Positions 57,527 to 64,000 of a DNA stretch of 64,000 bases are shown piece by piece. How positions within the stretch are numbered: the first letter of the stretch is position 1; each line of letters starts with the position of its first letter. The notes under the pieces were generated by a model. That model was not told the origin of the DNA, searched no databases, and saw only the letters and a program-made list of their open reading frames with translations. The stretch is from IMG/VR virus record IMGVR_UViG_3300009550_000009; one strand, 5' to 3'. The translations under genes were made by a program, and so were the position numbers. Origin of the DNA: a virus.

Positions 57527-58268
57527 GTTTTCAATTGCGATCCCTGCACATGATCGTGGTGAAAACGGCCCTAAATGGATGAGAGAGTTACTTGACTCTC
57601 TTGAAAGACAAACCTTTCAAGAATTTGAGGTTGTTGTCTCTGATCAGAGCAAGAATGATGATATTATGAATGTATGTAAGGAATATGATTTCCAATTTAC
57701 ATACATTAAATATCAAGGAGATGTCCCTTGTGAGAATATAAACATAGCATTGAATCACTGTGAAGGTAGAATTATTAAACCGATGTTTTCTGATGATATC
57801 TTTCTCAAAGATTGTGCACTTGAAAGAATACAGAGAGAATATAACAAGTTAGATTGCAAATGGGCATTCAGTGGATTTTCAAACTGGGATGGTAAAAATA
57901 AACATGACAAAAAAACACCAGTATGGGCAGACAAAACTCTTGAAGGTAGAAACTTATTGAGTAGTCCATCAGTTGTATCTTTTTTGAATGAATGTAAAGA
58001 ACAATTTGATGCAAATCTCAAACTCTTGCTAGATGTAGATTTTTATCATAGAATGAGAATGAGGAACGGTATGCCACATATCATACTTGGTTCTCTGGTT
58101 GCAAATCGAGAACATGATGATAGAATAAGCAGTGATGCAACATCTAATTATGATTGTGTGGTCGAGCATCCAGAGGGTAACTGGCTTATGAACAGTAGAG
58201 AACTACAATATATTCATGAGAAGTATCCTGAATTTATTAAAAAACAAATTTATCCTGATGAGATCTGA
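57519..58268 (+). CDS. GT2-family glycosyltransferase
   Basis: SIAIP, L.SL..Q....EVVVSD.S, SDD, PS, D.DF..R. Confidence 0.82.
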   Translation: MFEFSIAIPAHDRGENGPKWMRELLDSLERQTFQEFEVVVSDQSKNDDIMNVCKEYDFQFTYIKYQGDVPCENINIALNHCEGRIIKPMFSDDIFLKDCALERIQREYNKLDCKWAFSGFSNWDGKNKHDKKTPVWADKTLEGRNLLSSPSVVSFLNECKEQFDANLKLLLDVDFYHRMRMRNGMPHIILGSLVANREHDDRISSDATSNYDCVVEHPEGNWLMNSRELQYIHEKYPEFIKKQIYPDEI

Positions 58269-59079
58269 TTTATCAAAAGCAACATTTATTATTCCGATTA
58301 GGATTGAATCTCCTGATAGGATGCGTAATGTAATTACTACTACTGCATTTCTACTAGAGAATTTTAAAACAAATATTATTATTCAAGAAGTTGACAAAGA
58401 ATCTGTATTTGAAAAAGAAGCGTTACCAATCTTAGAGGATATAGTTGATGTTGATATATGGGAAAACTTTAACTTTATTTTCAAACAAAGTAATGAACCA
58501 TTATTTCATCGTCAAAGAGTTTTAAATGAAATGATTATGGAGGCAGATACTGAAATAGTTGTGAATTATGACTGCGATGTTATCTTACCCCGTAAATCAT
58601 ATGAACTCGCGTATCAGGGGATTGTGGACGGTCTATATGACGTTGTTTATCCATACGCTCAAGGTGATTATCAGAAGCGTGTAGCAGCAACAGACATTAC
58701 AGTATCAAAGTTTTTAGAGACAGGTGACTACGAGTTTCTAAATGCTGTATCTGATATATCAACATCTGATTTTGGATGGGCTCAATTCTTTCGTAGGCAA
58801 GTTTACATTGATGGTGGTATGGAAAATGAGAATTTCAAAGCATATGCCCCAGAAGATAAGGAAAGATTTTACAGATTCACAACTCTTGGTTATAATGTAG
58901 GTAGAATTAATGATTACGTTTATCACTTGGAACATTCAAGAGGAGAAAACTCATGGTTTAGTAATCCACATATGCAGGACAATCAGCAGGAGTGGATTAA
59001 ATTATCGCAAATGAGTAAAGAGAAATTACTTCAATATTATTCTGAACAGGAGTATCTAAAAAAATATGCTCGCCTTTAA
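58258..59079 (+). CDS. GT2/GT7-like (galactosyltransferase C-terminal-like) glycosyltransferase
   Basis: FIIP.R, N.DCD (DxD), GG.NE.F...ED.E...R, YHLEH. Confidence 0.78.
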   Translation: MRSDLSKATFIIPIRIESPDRMRNVITTTAFLLENFKTNIIIQEVDKESVFEKEALPILEDIVDVDIWENFNFIFKQSNEPLFHRQRVLNEMIMEADTEIVVNYDCDVILPRKSYELAYQGIVDGLYDVVYPYAQGDYQKRVAATDITVSKFLETGDYEFLNAVSDISTSDFGWAQFFRRQVYIDGGMENENFKAYAPEDKERFYRFTTLGYNVGRINDYVYHLEHSRGENSWFSNPHMQDNQQEWIKLSQMSKEKLLQYYSEQEYLKKYARL

Positions 59080-59917
59080 TAATATCGGTAGTCTTGGAAG
59101 ACTAGGTAATCAAATGTTTGAGTATGCTGCACTTCGTGGCATCTCTGCTAAACATGGATACGAATGGATGATACCACCACCAGAAAACAAAGGTATTGAA
59201 AACTATAGTTTGCATGAGTGTTTTAAATTATCATCTGATCGTAAAGAAGGTATTATGGATCCTTGTCATTATGCACAAGAACCTCACTTTCATTTTTGCG
59301 AAGAACTATATGAAAGATGTCCTGATGGTGTGAGTCTTCATGGATTCTTTCAATCATGGAGATACTTTCATAATGTGGAAGATGAACTTAGAAAAGATTA
59401 TACTTTTCATGAGGGTATCTCAGAACCATGTAAGGAGATGATAGAAGAACTTGGTGATAAAGAACCAATCATGTTGCATGTAAGAAGAGGTGATCCGAAT
59501 CTTACAGATCCTCGTGGTTTCAAATGGTCATACACACAGTGTGGAGATCAGCATCCCGTCCAACCCATAGAATATTATGAGAAAGCACTATCACATTTTG
59601 ATTCAAAACAACCTGTAATTGTGTTCTCCGATTCAACTGAATGGGTAAAAGAGCAAGAGATCTTTAAACCTGATAGATTTATGGTTTCTGAACCAGAGGA
59701 TAAATATGCTGACGGTTCATTTACACCGTATGCTGACTTGTGCTTGATGAGTCTATGTTCACATGCTATAATAGCAAATAGTTCTATGAGTTGGTGGGGT
59801 GCTTGGTTGATCTCCAATCCCGACAAGCAAGTTATCGCACCAAAGATGTGGTTTGGCCCTGCATATGCAGACAAAGATACGACAGACCTTTATTACCCTA
59901 ATTGGATTGTATTATGA
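59066..59917 (+). CDS. GT11-family alpha-1,2-fucosyltransferase-like
   Basis: GRLGNQMF.YA, G.FQS..YF, HVRRGD, FSD, NSS.SWWGA. Confidence 0.9.
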   Translation: MLAFNNIGSLGRLGNQMFEYAALRGISAKHGYEWMIPPPENKGIENYSLHECFKLSSDRKEGIMDPCHYAQEPHFHFCEELYERCPDGVSLHGFFQSWRYFHNVEDELRKDYTFHEGISEPCKEMIEELGDKEPIMLHVRRGDPNLTDPRGFKWSYTQCGDQHPVQPIEYYEKALSHFDSKQPVIVFSDSTEWVKEQEIFKPDRFMVSEPEDKYADGSFTPYADLCLMSLCSHAIIANSSMSWWGAWLISNPDKQVIAPKMWFGPAYADKDTTDLYYPNWIVL

Positions 59918-60687
59918 CTAGAATAGAAAGTTATGAGGATCTGACAGATAAAATTGTTGGATGGTTAAAAGATTATTACTTTGATAATAATATAAAAGCA
60001 TTTGTAGTAGGAGTGTCAGGTGGAATAGATTCTGCCGTGGTATCTACTCTTTGTGCTAGAACAGGATTACCCACATACGTTGTGTGTATGCCTCTAGAAT
60101 CTAAGTTTGAAAACACAAGGCTCTCTGATGCACACTCAAAGGCATTGGTAGAAAAATATGATAATGTTAAGAGAGTAGAAGTAGAATTGTTTAGTGCTTA
60201 TGATAGTCTAATCAAATCAATCGAGTGGTGGTCAGAGGCACAACATTTTGATAAAAAGGAATTCACATCAAGTGAACTTGCAAATGCAAATACTAAATCA
60301 CGCATTCGTATGGTAACTCTATATCAGATAGCAGGATCTGTTGGTGGTATAGTGGTTGGAACAGGTAACAAAGTAGAGGATTATGGAGTCGGTTTTTATA
60401 CTAAGTATGGTGACGGTGGTGTTGATATCGCCCCTATTGCTGACCTTTATAAAACGGAAGTCTGGGAACTAGGAGAATACCTAGAGGTAGATGAAAGGAT
60501 TTGTGAAGCACCACCAACTGATGGTCTATGGAAAGATGCTCGTAGTGACGAGGATCAACTAGGTGCATCATATGCAGAACTAGAGGAAGCAATGGAGACA
60601 GGCACAGGCCCTGCTGTTGAAGTTCTCAAGAAATTCAACACACAAAACAAACATAAAATGGAACCCATCCCTACATTTAAACTATGA
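59914..60687 (+). CDS. nadE: NH3-dependent NAD+ synthetase
   Basis: GVSGGIDSA PP-loop, N.KSR.RM, GTGNK.E, F.TKYGDG, KTEV, PT.GLW, DE..LG..Y. Confidence 0.92.
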   Translation: MTRIESYEDLTDKIVGWLKDYYFDNNIKAFVVGVSGGIDSAVVSTLCARTGLPTYVVCMPLESKFENTRLSDAHSKALVEKYDNVKRVEVELFSAYDSLIKSIEWWSEAQHFDKKEFTSSELANANTKSRIRMVTLYQIAGSVGGIVVGTGNKVEDYGVGFYTKYGDGGVDIAPIADLYKTEVWELGEYLEVDERICEAPPTDGLWKDARSDEDQLGASYAELEEAMETGTGPAVEVLKKFNTQNKHKMEPIPTFKL

Positions 60688-61787
60688 AGATAGGATTAAT
60701 CGGAGCAGGTAGATTAGGTATCTGCTTAGCTCTTTTAATTGAAAGAGCAGGATTTGATGTTATAGCATCAGATGTTCGTGAAGATTATATTGAAAATCTT
60801 AAACACAAAGTTATATTCACAAATGAACCACAAGTTCAAGATTATCTTTCTCAATCTGAAAACATTGAATTTACCACAGATAATCAGAAGGTAATTGATG
60901 ATTCAGATATTATCTTTACTTTGGTTCAGACACCATCACTTGAAGATGGTAGTTATGATGTAAGTGCTGTATGGAAAGTTGTTCAGAATCTTCAAAACTC
61001 TAACACAAAAGGGAAGTCTTTCGTGGTTGGTTGCACAACAAACCCCGGTGATTGTGATGAGTTTCAAAAAATGCTTGACATGGACGTATACTACAATCCA
61101 GAGTTCATAGCACAAGGATCTATCATCAAAGATTTGCAGCATGCAGATATGGTTTTATTGGGTGGAAATGGAAAACACCTTGAAGCATTGCAAGAACTAT
61201 ATTACTTAATTCAATATAGTTTTAAACCTGCACATGTGCATACTATGAGCACAAAGGCTGCAGAAATTACAAAGATTGCTGTTAATTGTTTCTTAACTAC
61301 TAAGATCAGTTATGCAAATATGCTTGGTGAAGTTCTTTCATTATCAGGATTAGATGATGAAATTAAAACTGTATTAAGTGCGATAGGAACTGATAGTCGA
61401 GTGGGCACAAAGTATCTTAACTTTGGTTTTGGATTTGGTGGGCCTTGTTTTCCAAGGGACAATCGAGCATTTGCTGCACATGCACAAAGCGTGGGGGTTA
61501 AACATAACATTGGTTATACAACTGACGCATTTAATGAAGAACATGCTCAGTTTATCAAAGAGTTTTTCATACGTAAGAACGAAAATCGATTACCCTTTGC
61601 ATTCAAATATTTGACATACAAACCGGGTATCGATATACTTACAGAGAGTCAACAATATCGTTTATGCCTTGATCTTTTGAATGAAGGATGCAAAGTATAT
61701 TGTATGGACGATGCGATCATTCATTTATGTGATGATCGAATTATATTTGAAGACCCTAAAGAGGATGTCTATTGGATCAATCTGTAA
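60684..61787 (+). CDS. UDP-glucose 6-dehydrogenase family protein
   Basis: GAGRLG, V.TP, YNPEF, K...N.FL, GFGGPCFPRD. Confidence 0.88.
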   Translation: MKIGLIGAGRLGICLALLIERAGFDVIASDVREDYIENLKHKVIFTNEPQVQDYLSQSENIEFTTDNQKVIDDSDIIFTLVQTPSLEDGSYDVSAVWKVVQNLQNSNTKGKSFVVGCTTNPGDCDEFQKMLDMDVYYNPEFIAQGSIIKDLQHADMVLLGGNGKHLEALQELYYLIQYSFKPAHVHTMSTKAAEITKIAVNCFLTTKISYANMLGEVLSLSGLDDEIKTVLSAIGTDSRVGTKYLNFGFGFGGPCFPRDNRAFAAHAQSVGVKHNIGYTTDAFNEEHAQFIKEFFIRKNENRLPFAFKYLTYKPGIDILTESQQYRLCLDLLNEGCKVYCMDDAIIHLCDDRIIFEDPKEDVYWINL

Positions 61788-62575
61788 CTGATAAGAATAA
61801 GTCTGCTTATAAGTTAAAAAACTTTGGGCCTGTATATTGTATTAATCTTGATGGGCAACCAGATAGATGGCAATTTATGGAGTCACAATTTAAGTTTTGG
61901 GAGATCGATAATTATACTCGTATCTCTGCTTATGATGGACGTGAAGATGACTTAAGCGATATTATCAAGGGTAAATATCCTGAGAATATGTCATCTGGTG
62001 AGGTAGGATGCACAACATCACACCTGAGAGCGATGAAGCACTATCTAGAAACAAGTGATTCACCATATGCAATCATGATGGAAGATGATTGTAGTTTAGA
62101 TCTTGTTAAGTTTTGGAATTTTAAATGGAGTGATATCTACGCACACTTCCCTTATGATTATGATGTAGTTCAACTTGCTATCATATGCACTGGTGATATA
62201 CATGTAAGATTGCACAAGAGATTTGTTAATGACTTCTCCACTGCATGCTACGTAATCAGTCGCTATCATGCAGAAAAGTTGGTTCGTTTACATTGTCGTG
62301 GTGATAAGTATAAACTTGATCAAGGTGTGAAGCCACGTCCTGTTGCAGATGATTTAATTTACAACTCAGGAAATGCATTTGCAATTCCACTTTTGGTTTA
62401 CAAGTTTGAATTAGGATCAAGCATACATCCAGTTCATGTGGACGTATATCATAAAAATAATTATGAAGCACAAGTTAATTTTTGGACACAGAATGGTGCA
62501 AATATTGACATTGCTGACTATATGAACTATGATCCATACCTTGGTCGTGTTACAGAAAGTAGTGCGGGTAAGTGA
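61772..62575 (+). CDS. GT25-family glycosyltransferase
   Basis: YCINL....DR, R.SA.DG, GE.GC..SH, MEDD, ST.CY.I. Confidence 0.85.
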   Translation: MDQSVTDKNKSAYKLKNFGPVYCINLDGQPDRWQFMESQFKFWEIDNYTRISAYDGREDDLSDIIKGKYPENMSSGEVGCTTSHLRAMKHYLETSDSPYAIMMEDDCSLDLVKFWNFKWSDIYAHFPYDYDVVQLAIICTGDIHVRLHKRFVNDFSTACYVISRYHAEKLVRLHCRGDKYKLDQGVKPRPVADDLIYNSGNAFAIPLLVYKFELGSSIHPVHVDVYHKNNYEAQVNFWTQNGANIDIADYMNYDPYLGRVTESSAGK

Positions 62576-62600
62576 CAGACACATAAGTGGTTGTCATACG

Positions 62601-62634
62601 TTGACACCGTTTAGATAATCTGGTATTATAAATA
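62601..62634 (+). promoter_or_regulatory. Overlapping sigma70 and late promoters
   Basis: TTGACA-N17-TATTAT overlapping TATAAATA at 62627-62634. Confidence 0.7.
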
Positions 62635-62638
62635 AATC

Positions 62639-62658
62639 AACTGTCACATGTGACAGTT
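62639..62658. repeat. Perfect 20-bp palindrome
   Basis: AACTGTCACATGTGACAGTT is its own reverse complement. Confidence 0.9.
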
Positions 62659-62764
62659 CTAGTCAAAGGACTCGAAAGATCGTAACCCTGTGGCGAATGT
62701 TAAACTATCCTGTCGGGGATAGAATCATCCGCAGGGAAAACTCTGCGAGACACTATAAAAAACA

Positions 62765-63118
62765 ATGTCTATTAAATCAATTGCAGCTCTTGCTGTATCT
62801 CCATTCCTTTTCGCAGGTGCTGCTTTTGCTGGCCCATATGTTAATATTGAATCAAATTCAAGTTTTACTGGATCTGACTACACAAGCACAGCAACAGACC
62901 TAGCAATCGGATACGAAGGTGCTAACTGGTGGGTTCAAGGTGGCCCTGTAGTTACATCACCTGACAATGGTGAGTCTTCAACAGACCTTCTTGTTAAAGC
63001 AGGTGGTAACGTTGCTCTTAACGATGTAGTTGGTGCATACGGTGAAGTATCATACCAAACAGCAGACAATGCTGATTCAGCATACGGTGTAAAACTAGGA
63101 GCAAGATATAGTTTCTAA
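62765..63118 (+). CDS. Small outer-membrane beta-barrel-like protein of the picocyanobacterial type
   Basis: Signal peptide ending AFA, GPYVN.E.N, alternating beta strands, C-terminal G.KLG.RY.F. Confidence 0.75.
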   Translation: MSIKSIAALAVSPFLFAGAAFAGPYVNIESNSSFTGSDYTSTATDLAIGYEGANWWVQGGPVVTSPDNGESSTDLLVKAGGNVALNDVVGAYGEVSYQTADNADSAYGVKLGARYSF

Positions 63119-63165
63119 ATAAGCATGAGACCTTTCGTGCGGTCTCTGCAAAACGGAACACCCAT

Positions 63166-63194
63166 GACCTCTACATAACGTAGGGGTCTTTTTT
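63166..63194 (+). terminator. Rho-independent terminator
   Basis: GACCTCTAC-ATAAC-GTAGGGGTC followed by T6. Confidence 0.85.
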
Positions 63195-63196
63195 AT

Positions 63197-63388
63197 ATGA
63201 AAAAAATCATCCAAGTTATTACACATCCTGTCACTTATACTAACTTATTAATAGTTGGAACATTATTGATGATAGAATTATTTCATACACAAGCACATTA
63301 CAGAATGAATATAGATGTGCATGGGTATTGTAAACAATATGAAACTAATCAGCCCACAGAGGTTGAAGATTATGAGGAAGATTGGTAA
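63197..63388 (+). CDS. Small membrane hypothetical protein
   Basis: HPVT..NL..VG.L..IE..HT.AH...DVHGYC. Confidence 0.6.
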   Translation: MKKIIQVITHPVTYTNLLIVGTLLMIELFHTQAHYRMNIDVHGYCKQYETNQPTEVEDYEEDW

Positions 63389-63415
63389 TATTTTTGTAAT
63401 ATAAGTTAATCTAAT

Positions 63416-63437
63416 GGGGGTCATAAGACCTCCTTTT
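63416..63437 (+). terminator. Rho-independent terminator
   Basis: GGGGGTC-ATAA-GACCTCC followed by TTTT. Confidence 0.7.
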
Positions 63438-63490
63438 CTATGTTCGGGATCCCGAATGTAAAGAATCTTGTCAAAACTTAACATTTGCTA

Positions 63491-63517
63491 TATAATATTG
63501 TTACATAAATTTACAAA
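63491..63517 (+). promoter_or_regulatory. hli promoter -10 with HLR1 (RpaB) direct repeat
   Basis: TATAAT at 63491, then GTTACATA-AA-TTTACAAA at 63500-63517. Confidence 0.75.
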
Positions 63518-63523
63518 GTCCAA

Positions 63524-63721
63524 ATGACAACAATTACTGAAAGTGGTGGTCGCCAAAATATGTATCCTACAGATACTCGTCCATATATTGATGAGTCAAT
63601 CTCATATGAGGGATATCCACAGAATGCAGAAAAAGTAAATGGTCGTTGGGCTATGATCGGTTTCGTGGCATTAATTGGTGCATACGTAACTACTGGTCAA
63701 ATCATCCCCGGAGTTTTTTAA
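63524..63721 (+). CDS. hli: High-light inducible protein
   Basis: AEKVNGRWAMIGF...TGQIIPG.F. Confidence 0.95.
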   Translation: MTTITESGGRQNMYPTDTRPYIDESISYEGYPQNAEKVNGRWAMIGFVALIGAYVTTGQIIPGVF

Positions 63722-63834
63722 TGAACTACTGGAAGAACGCAGAGTTGATCAATGGTCGTCTCGCAATGCTCGGTTTAGTAATCGGCACAATCAACTACGG
63801 TCTATTCGGATGGATAGCACCCGGTTTCTTTTAA
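63721..63834 (+). CDS. hli: High-light inducible protein
   Basis: MNYWKNAELINGRLAMLG...PGFF; start overlaps the previous stop. Confidence 0.9.
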   Translation: MNYWKNAELINGRLAMLGLVIGTINYGLFGWIAPGFF

Positions 63835-63885
63835 AGAATGAAATTCAATTCACAATTCACAATTAATCACAAAGAGGAAAAACTC

Positions 63886-63993
63886 ATGACTCCAGAAGCA
63901 GAAAGATTTAACGGTTGGGCAGCAATGCTTGGTTTCGTAGCAGCAGTCGGTGCATACGCAACAACAGGAAACATCATCCCCGGTATATTCTAA
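63886..63993 (+). CDS. hli: High-light inducible protein (missing from the ORF track)
   Basis: MTPEAERFNGWAAMLGFVAAVGAYATTGNIIPGIF; GAGG RBS. Confidence 0.93.
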   Translation: MTPEAERFNGWAAMLGFVAAVGAYATTGNIIPGIF

Positions 63994-64000
63994 TGACAAA

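Noticed and set aside
62697-62903. 68-aa ORF overlapping the OMP-like gene
   Set aside because: It overlaps a structured leader and a better-supported gene in another frame, and has no recognisable features.
1229-63484. The many short minus-strand and nested plus-strand ORFs in the six-frame track
   Set aside because: They lie within well-supported + strand genes, lack recognisable motifs or ribosome-binding sites, and are expected shadow ORFs.
63457-63485. NtcA box or Pho box upstream of hli
   Set aside because: There is no GTA-N8-TAC match and no convincing Pho repeat; the HLR1 repeat explains the region better.
1-64000. CRISPR array, tRNA, rRNA, integrase or transposase
   Set aside because: I saw no regularly spaced repeats, cloverleaf structures or mobile-element motifs. 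The structured RNA at 45094 is too long for a tRNA and lacks T-loop/CCA features.

Overview
This is an AT-rich, gene-dense 64 kb segment of a T4-like marine cyanomyovirus, probably a large Prochlorococcus phage of the P-SSM2 type. All credible genes are on the + strand. In order it contains: the end of gp3, uvsY and uvsW; gp55, gp47 and gp46; a three-gene sugar/sulfotransferase insert; the vWA-metallopeptidase plus CobS-like AAA+ pair; pebS; the replication core (gp45, gp44, gp62, regA, hsp20, a gp43 interrupted by a one-base frameshift, uvsX, gp41, mazG) interleaved with auxiliary genes (speD, DenV-like glycosylase, DUF4338/DruA-like, HAD phosphomannomutase, DUF262-like, psbN-like, pyrE); a late-promoter block of Lys-rich, modular putative capsid-internal proteins; primase and nrdA/nrdB; a manA-type structured RNA; a ~15 kb glycan-synthesis cluster that includes nadE; an outer-membrane-protein-like gene; and the start of an hli array. 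The main observations are: (1) putative prohead-protease-processed, capsid-packaged polyproteins, together with T4-like capsid-targeting N-termini; (2) near-complete codon-level avoidance of GGWCC and CCWGG; (3) a terminator/antiterminator arrangement on the orphan manA RNA; (4) a ROSE-like thermometer on hsp20 and an RpaB HLR1 box on the hli operon; (5) a possible GDP-L-galactose/GT11 glycosylation pathway. All family assignments come from motif recognition by eye, not from database searches.
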